A stretch of 50,820 nt of DNA from a bacterium (GTDB lineage: Bacteria; Patescibacteriota; Minisyncoccia; UBA6257; 02-FULL-45-10c), in contig JAUSKT010000019.1 in the NCBI GenBank assembly GCA_030646915.1, positions 1 through 50,820 of the forward strand, written 5' to 3'. The position numbers were made by a program, and so were the translations under genes. Shown here piece by piece: positions 1-11,314 of this stretch. Positions within the stretch are counted from its first letter, which is position 1. Each line of letters starts with the position of its first letter. The notes below the pieces were generated by a model. It searched no databases. It saw only the letters and a program-made list of their open reading frames with translations, and was not told where the DNA came from.

Positions 1-86
1 CAGCACTACACCTAGGTGTAGTGCTGGACAATCGAAGCTTGCGACATAAAAGAAACCACGGAATTTAGTCCGTGGAGTGGCCTTCA
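1..86 (+). mobile_element. 3' part of a structured IS200/IS605-right-end-like non-autonomous element (copy 1, truncated by window edge)
   Basis: Hairpin cagcactacacc-ta-ggtgtagtgctg, then gaagcttgcga..aagaaaccacgg-aatttagt-ccgtggag..ttca; homologous to 21738-21815 with compensatory changes. Confidence 0.6.
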
Positions 87-96
87 TTTTTTTAAA

Positions 97-651
97 TTAA
101 TCCGCATTCGGTTCGCCTGGTATTCTTATAAGCCTTGCGCTTAAAGTGGTTTGGAGATTAGTAAAAGCTTCGGCAAAAGGCGCTCCTACGGCTCCGACTT
201 GCATAATTAAAGTAATCCTAGGCGCTTTTTTGTCTCCTAGGGCTTGGCCTTGCAAATAAAAAGCCATATTTTTAATATCCACATTATCTGCGGTAATTGG
301 AGTTGGCGTGCCGCCTTTTACTGCTCTAAGTATAGGTTTTGGCTGGGCACTCGCTGCTGGATCCCAGCGATACTCAACGCTTTCGCCGTTAGCATTAGTA
401 AATTTTAATTCATCAGGCCGGCAGGTACTTAGGCAAAAATTAGTTCCTGTTCTTATTTCTCTTGCGATTTGTTCAATTGCGAGGCTGGCATTGCTGTTTG
501 CGGCCATAAGAGCGGTAATAATCCGCTGAGTCCGGAGAGAATTTATAAAAATTGCAGAAGTAATAGAAATTATAATCGTAAAAAGCGATACGGAAATTAA
601 AAGTTCAATTATTGTGAAGCCAGATTTTTTTTGAAGCATAATATTTTGCAT
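97..651 (-). CDS. Minor type IV pilin (PilW/PulJ-like)
   Basis: Class III signal KKSG|FTIIELLISV, hydrophobic helix, then A..QIAREIR motif. Confidence 0.85.
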   Translation of the reverse strand: MQNIMLQKKSGFTIIELLISVSLFTIIISITSAIFINSLRTQRIITALMAANSNASLAIEQIAREIRTGTNFCLSTCRPDELKFTNANGESVEYRWDPAASAQPKPILRAVKGGTPTPITADNVDIKNMAFYLQGQALGDKKAPRITLIMQVGAVGAPFAEAFTNLQTTLSARLIRIPGEPNAD

Positions 652-654
652 TAT

Positions 655-1257
655 TTAATTTTCAGTATCAGCATCTGGAGAGAAACATTTTAGGATGTCC
701 GCCATATCTATTAAGCCGTTGCCATTATTATCTAAGCCATCATTGCATTGATAAGGCCTCCATCTGAAAAAATGATCTTCCAAATTTATATCTGAAGCTG
801 ATCCGCCGCGGCCAGTCCAAGTTACAATGGAATTTACTTGAATTTCATCTGCCCTACTCACATCTATTTTTATTTTCCGTCTAAAGCGGGTGCTTTGCTC
901 GGTGCCGCCATAGCTATAAATTCCCGTACTAGGATCAAAATTTAAAAATCTATTATCGTCGCCGCAAGCAGAATTTAATTCATATTCATAATTTATGTCT
1001 ATTTCATGGTCGCCGTTAGTAAGGCAATTGCCTTCGTTCCATGCCCGGAATCCGCTGCCTTGAAGCACATTGTTATCAATTAAATTTTTCACCAACTCAA
1101 TTCCCTCCATGGCTAAATTGGAAGCCACGAATTGGTCGCTGACTACTTTGTTTAAGCCAAGAGATTGGGTAAGTAAAGAAAAAACTCCCAATAAGCCTAC
1201 GCCGGCAACAGTTATTGCCACTAATGCCTCAATTAATATTTGCCCCTTTTGTTTCAT
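655..1257 (-). CDS. Minor type IV pilin (PilV-like) with C-terminal Asp/Asn-rich Cys-bounded motif
   Basis: KG|QILIEALVAI prepilin motif; ASNLAMEGIELVKN; tail CNDGLDNNGNGLIDMADILKC. Confidence 0.8.
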   Translation of the reverse strand: MKQKGQILIEALVAITVAGVGLLGVFSLLTQSLGLNKVVSDQFVASNLAMEGIELVKNLIDNNVLQGSGFRAWNEGNCLTNGDHEIDINYEYELNSACGDDNRFLNFDPSTGIYSYGGTEQSTRFRRKIKIDVSRADEIQVNSIVTWTGRGGSASDINLEDHFFRWRPYQCNDGLDNNGNGLIDMADILKCFSPDADTEN

Positions 1258-1259
1258 AA

Positions 1260-1817
1260 TTAGTTAGTGCTGATTTGGCCAAAGCTGTTTACTTTGACGG
1301 TTTTTATAGTGCCGTTGTTGCTAATGCTGACAGTAAAAGTTCCAGTTGGAGCGGGGTTGCCATTGATTGCCACTCTAGGTTCTGGCGGAAGAAAAACTAT
1401 GTCATTTAGTTCCATCGGTTCTCCTATAACAAAATCAACTCCTAATTTTTCCATAATTGGCGGATCGAGATTTTCAGTAACAGGATTATATTGATAGTCT
1501 GGCCCCTCAGCTTTATTGGGGTTGGAGCAATCTTGTGATAACCCGCTTCCATTACTCGGTGAATCTTTGAAAATCCGGACTTCTTTAGCTGGCCTATCAA
1601 AATGCACTCCGTATCCGCAGGGCGCGCCAGCTTGAATATAGGCGCCGAGAGCAAAAGATTTTGCCCGTAAAATTAAGCTGATAATTTTTGCCTGTTCTCT
1701 AAATAGAAGAATTTGCCGTTCTCCAGTTCTATTGTAGGTCAGTAAAATTCCTGACATAAGAGTCAGAATGGTAAAAACTACCAGGATTTCTATAAGTGTG
1801 TACCCCCCGCGGTTCAT
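1260..1817 (-). CDS. Minor type IV pilin (FimT/GspH-like)
   Basis: G|YTLIEILVV; GYGVHF; C-terminal VKVNSFGQI; TATAAT 6 nt upstream of ATG. Confidence 0.85.
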   Translation of the reverse strand: MNRGGYTLIEILVVFTILTLMSGILLTYNRTGERQILLFREQAKIISLILRAKSFALGAYIQAGAPCGYGVHFDRPAKEVRIFKDSPSNGSGLSQDCSNPNKAEGPDYQYNPVTENLDPPIMEKLGVDFVIGEPMELNDIVFLPPEPRVAINGNPAPTGTFTVSISNNGTIKTVKVNSFGQISTN

Positions 1818-1877
1818 TATCTAATTATATCCTTCTATTTTTCAGATGTCATTTAGAAATATGCTATAATAAAAATT

Positions 1878-2300
1878 ATGGATAATAATTTAAGGCTTTA
1901 TAAAAGCTTAGTCTTGATTTTAGCATTAGTTTTATTAGTGATTGCGGTTGGCAATTTTTATTTTGCCCGCCAGCCAAAACAGCTGATTTTAAATCAAATT
2001 GGCGATTGGCTTCCTTCAGAATTTATTTTAGAATCCTCAATCCCGGAGCAAGTTAATATTAGTCAGTATACAGACAGGAAGGAATCAATATTTGTTTTTA
2101 AATCGGAAAAAAATTTAGAGGAAAATCTTCAATTTTATTTAAATCTTTTAACTAAAAATACTTGGAAGGTTGAGGATAGAAAAAGCGATAGTAGAAATGC
2201 TTATTTAGTTGGCGACAAAGCGGATCAGCACATTAGCATTGTTATTTCTGTTGATGATAAAGATATTACTCAAGTGGGTATTTCTTATGTTACAAAATAA
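1878..2300 (+). CDS. Hypothetical membrane-anchored protein
   Basis: N-terminal hydrophobic helix, 140 aa; TATAAT at 1865-1870. Confidence 0.7.
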   Translation: MDNNLRLYKSLVLILALVLLVIAVGNFYFARQPKQLILNQIGDWLPSEFILESSIPEQVNISQYTDRKESIFVFKSEKNLEENLQFYLNLLTKNTWKVEDRKSDSRNAYLVGDKADQHISIVISVDDKDITQVGISYVTK

Positions 2301-3828
2301 ATTTTTAATAAATAGCTTTTTAAAGTTATCTTTTTTTACAATTTTAGTTATTTTCAGTTTTTCTTTTTTAGCTAATAGCGCGAAAGCAGCTTGCGTACAG
2401 CAATCCAGCGGCAGCGGAAACAGTTGGACGTATTGGTTTACTGTCAATAATACAAAAGTAACATATGAAGCTAATAGTTTTCCTTGGACTAGCGGTCCAA
2501 CCACAGTAGGTCCTTGCACTCATCCATCGGGGACTGATTCTTATAGAACTCATTGGTATTATTACGGCGGCGCTACTAGGCAAGCTGCCTATTATTCCAG
2601 TTGTACAAATGGATATTCAATTCAACAAGTTACGCCAACCATAAATTATGGGGATAATATCTCAGGATTTAAAGTAGTTGGTAGTTTAGCAACTTGGAAT
2701 TTTTATAGCAGTATTTCTAGGAATTGGAGTTCTGGATCTAAAACTTTAAGCAGCTGTACGCCACCACCACCGCCGCCTCCACCACCAACCTGCGCTGCGT
2801 CAACTTCTTGTGTTCCGCAATATTGCCAGTATGGGGGCGACCTAAAGATATGCACCGTTAAGAATACTAATTGTTCTACTTCTTCATATACTACTGGAAG
2901 TTGCTTGCCTCCTCCGCCAACCTGCACCCCGTCAACTTCTTGTGTTCCGCAGTATTGCCAGTATGGGGGTGATTTAAGCCAATGTACCGTTAAAAATACT
3001 GACTGCTCTACTTCTTCATACTCCGCAGGAAGCTGCTTGCCTCCTCCGCCCCCATTATTATTAAATGTTAATAAATTAGGTACTGGGGATGGAATTATAA
3101 TTAGTGATGTGGGAGGAATAAATTGCGGGGGTGGGGGCAGCTGCTCTACTTCTTTTACTAACGGAGCAAATATAAATGTGACTCTTACTGCATCTCCGGC
3201 AATTAATTCAAATCTTGCCAGTTGGTCTGGCTGCGACAGCACTAATGGAACTTCTTGTATTGTGAATATGAATAATAGCGATAGGTCTGTTACTGCTAAT
3301 TTTACTAAAACTTATGAATTATCTATTAATACGTCTGGAGGCACAGGTGTTGGAACTGTAAATATCAGTCCGGCTGGAAATAATGGATTAAGTACTTGCA
3401 GTGGCGCTTGTTCGGATTTTTATAATGAAGGTACAACTATAACTGTTACTCTCCCTCCGCCACCCAAATTTACTCCTTTTAAGCCTCTTTCAATATCTCC
3501 TTCTACCTCATCTTCTGTTTTTGACCATTTTTCTGGCTGTGATAATGGTGTTACTACAAATCCCTGCGCTGTAACTATGGGTGGAGATAAATCTGTTACC
3601 GCATTTTTTAATGTTGCTTGCAAGACAGATATTTGGTCTTGCACTAATTGGAACGCATGTTCTTCCAACGGCACTCAGACTTGCGCAAACTGGGTTATGA
3701 CTTGTAACAGCCCCACTGTTGTTATTCCGCAACCAACAACTTCCCAATCTTGCACGCCGCCCGCTCCAGTATTCACGCCAACGAGCAGTTTATTCTTAAA
3801 GAAATTCAAGGAGCTTCTTCCGTTTTAA
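2287..3828 (+). CDS. Secreted Cys/Pro-rich adhesin-like protein with InlB-B-repeat-like modules
   Basis: Start moved to in-frame ATG 2287, which gives a signal peptide ending SAKA|A; poly-Pro linkers; two 44-aa Cys repeats; VTLTA..WSGCD..C.V.M...SVTANF modules; ends LFLKKFKELLPF. Confidence 0.75.
   Translation: MLQNKFLINSFLKLSFFTILVIFSFSFLANSAKAACVQQSSGSGNSWTYWFTVNNTKVTYEANSFPWTSGPTTVGPCTHPSGTDSYRTHWYYYGGATRQAAYYSSCTNGYSIQQVTPTINYGDNISGFKVVGSLATWNFYSSISRNWSSGSKTLSSCTPPPPPPPPPTCAASTSCVPQYCQYGGDLKICTVKNTNCSTSSYTTGSCLPPPPTCTPSTSCVPQYCQYGGDLSQCTVKNTDCSTSSYSAGSCLPPPPPLLLNVNKLGTGDGIIISDVGGINCGGGGSCSTSFTNGANINVTLTASPAINSNLASWSGCDSTNGTSCIVNMNNSDRSVTANFTKTYELSINTSGGTGVGTVNISPAGNNGLSTCSGACSDFYNEGTTITVTLPPPPKFTPFKPLSISPSTSSSVFDHFSGCDNGVTTNPCAVTMGGDKSVTAFFNVACKTDIWSCTNWNACSSNGTQTCANWVMTCNSPTVVIPQPTTSQSCTPPAPVFTPTSSLFLKKFKELLPF
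2785..3048 (+). repeat. Tandem duplication, 2 x 132 bp (44-aa, six-Cys module)
   Basis: ccaacctgc at 2785 and 2917; TCxxSTSCVPQYCQYGGDLxxCTVKNTxCSTSSYxxGSCLPPPP twice. Confidence 0.95.
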
Positions 3829-3859
3829 ATTTTGTAATAATTAGCCCACAATTAATTCT

Positions 3860-4282
3860 ATGAATAAAAAAACGGTTTATAGTTTGATTTTGCTGGTTTT
3901 ATTAGCTGGCTTGGCGTATTTTGGTTACTTTTACTTTTTTACTAAAAATTCTTTGCAAGAAGCAGAGGATCGCGGAATTAATAATCTAAGCGGGGAAGTG
4001 ATAAAAGTTTCGGATAATTCTATTGAAATTTCCGCAGAGGTTCCGGAAAGATTAGATCTTTCTGGCAATCCGTCAAAATTGGCGCAGAAAATTTACGCGG
4101 TGAATATTCCGAAAGATTTTAGAATTGATATCGTGCTTAATAACAATTTTAGTAATCCGGGTATTTTGAAATCCGCTAAAGATATAAAAGTCGGCGATAT
4201 TGTCTCAATCGTCGCTCAAGAAAATATTATTGGCGCAAGCTCGGTTACTGCTAAAGAATTAGTAATTTTGCGATTTAATTGA
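3860..4282 (+). CDS. Hypothetical membrane-anchored beta-rich protein (DUF5666-like)
   Basis: N-terminal TM; SGEVIKV...DIKVGDIVSIV...VTAKELVI pattern. Confidence 0.65.
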   Translation: MNKKTVYSLILLVLLAGLAYFGYFYFFTKNSLQEAEDRGINNLSGEVIKVSDNSIEISAEVPERLDLSGNPSKLAQKIYAVNIPKDFRIDIVLNNNFSNPGILKSAKDIKVGDIVSIVAQENIIGASSVTAKELVILRFN

Positions 4283-4286
4283 ACTT

Positions 4287-5732
4287 ATGAATTTAAAGAA
4301 AAATTTATTTAAAAAAGTATTTGTCTTTTTGTTAATTAGTTTAGCAACCTCCCTTTTTTCTTTGAATATCAGTTTTGCCGGTTCCTCAAACCCGGCTTAT
4401 CAAAGCGTTGATTTTAAGAAAAATTCCAGTTCTTTATCTTGGTATCCCTCAGTTTTTGATTGCGTTCCTGGCACTGGCATTTATGGTTTTGAGAATCTTC
4501 GTTATGCCGGATTTTATAATTATGGCGGTTCGGGTGGCATTTGGGGTTCTCTCTCGGAAGGAAATTGGAATTCAAGGCTTGGGACTTTAACTTCTTGGCA
4601 AAATTGTTTGTCTGCTAATGGTTATTCTGCAAGCACAGCCAGTTGGATGAGCGGGCGTTTCTATAACGGCCCTTGCGTTGGGCTTTATGCTCCGGGCGGC
4701 GGAACAATTAAATATTATAAATGCGGCATGACTTATGATTCTTGGAATGGAATTTATAATGGGACAGATCGCATGCAGTTCAGATATTCCGCATACGCTT
4801 CTGGCGATATGCAGCAGTTTTCCGGAGTTACGATGTATACTATCACTTGCAATAATGTAAAATATCCTCAGAATTTATCTAATTGCATTAAATATACCGG
4901 TTCTTCTCCGCCTAATAGATCAGCCAATATAAATATCAAAGCTAATAATTCCGATGGGCCGCTGGCTGATTATTATGGAACGCCGGTAACGCTTTCTTGG
5001 ACTGCTGATTCGGGTTTTAGCAGCTGTGTTGCTTCAGGAGATTGGTCCGGTTCTAAAAATCCTAGCGGATCAGAAGCCGTAGGCAGTCTTCTATCAAATA
5101 AAATCTATAATTTTACTTGTTCTTTAAGCGGCGGGCAATTATCGGCTTCGGTTTCTGTCAGCACTTATCCGACTTTAACCGTTAACGTTGCGGGAACCGG
5201 ATCTGGCACAGTCACTGCTTCTCCAACTGGCAAAACTTATACTAATCCAAACGGAATTTTAAATTGTTCCAGCAATTGCGTTTCAAGCTATCCTCCGCCT
5301 ACTGGCGTTACGGTTTACGCTTTGCCGGCAAGCGGTTCCGGCATTACAAGTTGGTCCAATTGCGATAGCGTCAGCGATAATGCTTGCAATATTAATATTA
5401 ATTCTAATAAGGCGGTTACAATAAAATTTGATATATTACCTCCTTCTTGTACTGCTGATACTTGGTCTTGCGCTGATTGGAGTGTCTGTTCTTCTGGCGG
5501 CACCCAGACTCGCCCTCTTTGCACTATGACTTTTAATTGCCCAACTGCTGTTACTCCTTCTCCGGAAATATCCCAACCTTGCACGCCTCCTCCGCCTGTT
5601 TGCGGCAATAATATCTGTGAATCTGGAGAAACTTCTTTAAGTTGCAAGGCAGATTGCGGTAGTGGAAGTCCGGGTACTGGCGGATCAGTAAGCTTATTCT
5701 TGAAAAAATTAAGGGAACTCTTGCCTTTTTAA
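4287..5732 (+). CDS. Secreted Cys-rich adhesin-like protein, paralogous in its C-terminal part to 2287-3828
   Basis: Signal peptide; Ig/PKD-like VTLSW..C.ASGDWSG; B-repeat-like module; C.xD.WSC.xW.xCSSxGTQT; CGNNICESGE; ends LFLKKLRELLPF. Confidence 0.75.
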   Translation: MNLKKNLFKKVFVFLLISLATSLFSLNISFAGSSNPAYQSVDFKKNSSSLSWYPSVFDCVPGTGIYGFENLRYAGFYNYGGSGGIWGSLSEGNWNSRLGTLTSWQNCLSANGYSASTASWMSGRFYNGPCVGLYAPGGGTIKYYKCGMTYDSWNGIYNGTDRMQFRYSAYASGDMQQFSGVTMYTITCNNVKYPQNLSNCIKYTGSSPPNRSANINIKANNSDGPLADYYGTPVTLSWTADSGFSSCVASGDWSGSKNPSGSEAVGSLLSNKIYNFTCSLSGGQLSASVSVSTYPTLTVNVAGTGSGTVTASPTGKTYTNPNGILNCSSNCVSSYPPPTGVTVYALPASGSGITSWSNCDSVSDNACNININSNKAVTIKFDILPPSCTADTWSCADWSVCSSGGTQTRPLCTMTFNCPTAVTPSPEISQPCTPPPPVCGNNICESGETSLSCKADCGSGSPGTGGSVSLFLKKLRELLPF

Positions 5733-5749
5733 TTTGTTATAATTTAATA

Positions 5750-6160
5750 ATGAGCGGAACGAATAATGGCGGCCAAGTAATGCTTATTACCGTATTGGCG
5801 TTATCAGGCACTATTTTAGGAGCTACTACTATTGCCGGCCTTTTAATGCTTTATCAGATCCGGCAGGCAACGGATGTGGTGAATTCCACCAAAGCAATTT
5901 TTGCCGCGGATTCCGGGTTTGAATGGCGGCTTTATAAATTTTATAAAACCGACAATAAAACTTGCGGCAGTGATTGCCCGCCAGGGGACAATTCTTGTTC
6001 TCCGCCAATAATGACGAATATTAATTTGCCTCCGGATCAAGCAATTTTAACCCGTTGCGTTTCTAATTCTAATCCTGACGGAACTTTAACTTTTGATATT
6101 CAATCAATCGGGACTTCTGGAAATAATCGAAGAGCTTTTGGCGTTCAATTAGCTCCTTAG
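5750..6160 (+). CDS. PilX-like minor pilin
   Basis: G|QVMLITVL (no Glu5), hydrophobic helix, KAIFAADSGFE motif, IQSIG...RAFGV. Confidence 0.75.
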   Translation: MSGTNNGGQVMLITVLALSGTILGATTIAGLLMLYQIRQATDVVNSTKAIFAADSGFEWRLYKFYKTDNKTCGSDCPPGDNSCSPPIMTNINLPPDQAILTRCVSNSNPDGTLTFDIQSIGTSGNNRRAFGVQLAP

Positions 6161-6180
6161 CCATAAAAATTTTTATGGAT

Positions 6181-8339
<2,159 letters not shown>

Positions 8340-8395
8340 TTTAATAGACGTAAGTTTAGATAAGTATATTTTTAATAACCGCAAAGGAGAGTCAA

Positions 8396-8707
8396 ATGCC
8401 AACGGACGGCGATGATGCTTATGATAAAGAACTGAATAAAAAATATGTAAATAAGTGGGTGCTTTGTCGAAATTTGGAACTCTTTAAAGTGATTGGCTTA
8501 GTTTGGACAACTATGGATCTGTGGGGTGGTCCGATCAATTATGCAAACGTTAATGAGGCTAGAATAGATTGTGTATTTAGTAAAAATGGTACGCTCACAA
8601 GTTTTACAGGAGAAATAAGTTTTATTGTTCATATTTTTGGCGAAGATTATCCTTCAGAAGCAGAAGTGGAGAGTATAAAAAATGAGTATAAAACAAAGGG
8701 GCAATAA
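8396..8707 (+). CDS. Hypothetical protein (stand-alone cassette)
   Basis: 103 aa; AAGGAG SD; TTGACA at the end of ligA; stop inside a hairpin terminator. Confidence 0.6.
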   Translation: MPTDGDDAYDKELNKKYVNKWVLCRNLELFKVIGLVWTTMDLWGGPINYANVNEARIDCVFSKNGTLTSFTGEISFIVHIFGEDYPSEAEVESIKNEYKTKGQ

Positions 8708-8722
8708 AAGCCCCCTTTTTCT
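8695..8722 (+). terminator. Intrinsic terminator
   Basis: aaaggggc-aataaaa-gccccc followed by a T-run. Confidence 0.65.
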
Positions 8723-8751
8723 TTTCATTAAAATTTTCGTATAATTTTAAT

Positions 8752-9039
8752 ATGCTTACAAAAAAAGATTTAGCGCATTTGGCAGAACTGGCAAGGATTG
8801 AATTAAAAGAGGGGGAGGAGCAAAAGCTTCAAAAAGATTTGGGGGCGATTTTGGATTATTTTCAGGAATTAAAAAGCGTAGATACGGAAAATGTTGCTCC
8901 GATGACTGGCGGAACAGAATTAAAAAGTGTTGTCCGGGAAGATGTAATTAGTCCAAAGTCCAAAGTCAAAAGTCAAAATGGCGTCGAAGCTTTTCCAGAA
9001 ACAAAAAATGGTTACTTAAAAGTGCCGCCGGTATTTTAA
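8752..9039 (+). CDS. gatC: Asp/Glu-tRNA amidotransferase subunit C
   Basis: HLAELARI...IL.Y...L..VDT...P; ends GYLKVPPVF; precedes gatA. Confidence 0.95.
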   Translation: MLTKKDLAHLAELARIELKEGEEQKLQKDLGAILDYFQELKSVDTENVAPMTGGTELKSVVREDVISPKSKVKSQNGVEAFPETKNGYLKVPPVF

Positions 9040-9041
9040 AT

Positions 9042-10523
9042 ATGCATTTGCACGATTTAACAATTAAAAAGTTTCATGATGGGCTTTTAAAAAAAGAATT
9101 TTCCGCTTTGGAAATGACTCAAAGTTTTTTTGACTGGATTGAGAAAAGAGATAAAGAGGTTGGCGCTTATTTAAGTTTAAATAAAGATTTAGCCGTTAGA
9201 CAGGCAGAAGAAACAGATTTAAAAATTGCTAAAAATATGCCGGTCAGTATGATGGCTGGTGTGCCAATGGCTATTAAAGACAATCTTTTAATAGAAGGTT
9301 TGCCGGCAACTGCCGCTTCAAAAATTTTAAAAGATTATACTGCCAGCTACGATGCGACGGTGATTAAGAAATTAAAATCCGCAGGAGCAGTTTTTCTTGG
9401 AAAAACTAATATGGATGAATTTGCTATGGGTTCTTCTACGGAAAATTCCGCATTCCAGAAAACTAAAAATCCTCATGATTTAACCCGGGTTCCCGGCGGT
9501 TCTTCTGGCGGATCAGCTGCAGCAGTGGCATCGCATATGGCAGTGGCAGCGCTTGGTTCAGATACCGGCGGATCAATTAGGCAGCCGGCGGCTTTTTGCG
9601 GAGTAGTGGGGTTAAAGCCGACTTACGGGGCAGTTTCTCGTTTTGGGGTAATTGCGATGGCTTCCAGCTTGGATCAGATCGGGCCGTTTACAAAAACCGT
9701 TGAAGATTCCGCGATTTTATTTAAAGAAATCCTTGGCCAGGATGGTTTAGATTCGACCAGCGTCAATGCTGATTATGGCGAGGAATTATTAAATCCAAAA
9801 TTAGAAAATATTAAAAAATTAAAAGTCGGCATTCCGGAAGAATACTTTGTGGAGGGATTAGATAAAGAAGTTGCGGAAAAGGTAGATGAAGCGATTAAAG
9901 CCATTCAAAGCCTGGGCTTGGAAATTAAAAAAATAAGTTTGCCTAATACCAAATACGCTCTGTCGTGCTATTACATTATTATGCCAGCAGAAGTTAGTTC
10001 TAATTTAGAAAGGTTTGATGGCATTCGCTATGGTACCAGGCAGAAAGCGGAAAATTTGTTAGAATTATATAAGAAGAACCGCGAAGCTGGATTTGGTGCT
10101 GAGTCGAAAAGAAGAATTCTGCTGGGAACTTTTGTGCTTTCTTCCGGATATTACGATGCTTATTATGCCAAAGCCCAGAAAGTCCGCCGGCTGATTAAAG
10201 AAGATTTTGACAGGGCATTTAAGGATGTGGATGTGATTTTAACTCCAGTTACTCCTACATTGCCGTTTAAAATCGGAGAAAAAACCAGTGATCCTTTGTC
10301 TATGTATTTATCTGATATTTTTACTATTCCAGTGAATTTAGCCGGACTTCCCGCAGTATCTATACCCATTAAGTCAAATGTCAAAGGTCCCGCCGAAGGC
10401 GAGGCTCGCCAAGGGCGGCAAATGTCAAAAGATTTGCCGGTTGGATTCCAATTAATCGGCAAGCCGTGGCGGGAAGCAGATATTTTAGGAATAGGGCAAT
10501 ATTACGAAAAATTATCCCGTTAG
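9042..10523 (+). CDS. gatA: Asp/Glu-tRNA amidotransferase subunit A
   Basis: IKDN, KTNMDEFAMGSS, PGGSSGGSA, GSDTGGSIRQP amidase signature. Confidence 0.98.
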   Translation: MHLHDLTIKKFHDGLLKKEFSALEMTQSFFDWIEKRDKEVGAYLSLNKDLAVRQAEETDLKIAKNMPVSMMAGVPMAIKDNLLIEGLPATAASKILKDYTASYDATVIKKLKSAGAVFLGKTNMDEFAMGSSTENSAFQKTKNPHDLTRVPGGSSGGSAAAVASHMAVAALGSDTGGSIRQPAAFCGVVGLKPTYGAVSRFGVIAMASSLDQIGPFTKTVEDSAILFKEILGQDGLDSTSVNADYGEELLNPKLENIKKLKVGIPEEYFVEGLDKEVAEKVDEAIKAIQSLGLEIKKISLPNTKYALSCYYIIMPAEVSSNLERFDGIRYGTRQKAENLLELYKKNREAGFGAESKRRILLGTFVLSSGYYDAYYAKAQKVRRLIKEDFDRAFKDVDVILTPVTPTLPFKIGEKTSDPLSMYLSDIFTIPVNLAGLPAVSIPIKSNVKGPAEGEARQGRQMSKDLPVGFQLIGKPWREADILGIGQYYEKLSR

Positions 10524-10636
10524 AGACAACCAAACTATGTTTAATGAATATTCAAAATTAGTATTTATAATTAATCGTCAGGAGCAATTTAGGCGGCCGG
10601 GCTACGGTCATCTAAAGATGACCTGTCTCTAACGGG
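10516..10636. mobile_element. MITE-like element, same TIR family as 6181-6284
   Basis: atcccgttagagaca / tgtctctaacgggat; left TIR contains the gatA TAG, right TIR abuts ATG 10637. Confidence 0.8.
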
Positions 10637-11278
10637 ATGGCAGGATTTAAAAAACCAGAAGTTAGCAGCAAACCATCAGGATTGGATTTATTGATTATTG
10701 GAGTTTTAATGGCCTCGTTTATTTCAGTAAGCGGAATTTTAGCTTTTTTATTGACGCCTCTGACAATTTTATACAGGATAAGAGATTTCTTTGCGCCTTT
10801 TTTTGAAAAATATCTTTTAACTTTTGAAATCAGCGCTATATTGCTTTCTATACTTTTTATTTGGGGAATTATTTATATTATTGATAAGACTAAGTATTTT
10901 GAACTTAAAAAAGAGCAGTTTTTGGATATTTTAGGGAAAGGCCATGTTTCCAAGCGCCGTTCCTTAAAGGGCTGGAAGCAGATTTTAGAAAGATTAAAAT
11001 CTTCCGAGCAAAATAGCTGGAAGCTTGCGATTTTGGAAGCTGATCATATTTTAAATGAAATTTTGAAAATGTCAGGTTATCTTGGTCCCAAACTGGAAGA
11101 TAAATTGGATTTGATTACTGCAGCCCAGATTTCAAATATAGACGATATAAATAAAGTCCATAAAATAAGGGATAAGATTGCTACTGACCCAGCTTTTCAG
11201 ATTACAAAAGAAGAAGCTGAGCACATTATTTCAGTTTATAAAAAAGCTTTCGTGGAATTGAATTTAATCAGAGAATAA
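10637..11278 (+). CDS. Hypothetical membrane protein
   Basis: Two TM segments, then a helical domain WKLAILEADHILNEILK..GY.G. Confidence 0.75.
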   Translation: MAGFKKPEVSSKPSGLDLLIIGVLMASFISVSGILAFLLTPLTILYRIRDFFAPFFEKYLLTFEISAILLSILFIWGIIYIIDKTKYFELKKEQFLDILGKGHVSKRRSLKGWKQILERLKSSEQNSWKLAILEADHILNEILKMSGYLGPKLEDKLDLITAAQISNIDDINKVHKIRDKIATDPAFQITKEEAEHIISVYKKAFVELNLIRE

Positions 11279-11314
11279 ATTAGTATTTGAGCAGTTCTTA
11301 ATAAAGGATATTAA

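Noticed and set aside
2785-3048. Possible DGR template/variable repeat pair (also the kelch pair at 46440-46670)
   Set aside because: Differences are not adenine-specific, the copies are tandem in-frame domains, and no reverse transcriptase is present
4280-4282. TGA recoding (code 25)
   Set aside because: TGA acts as a stop here and conserved genes are intact under code 11
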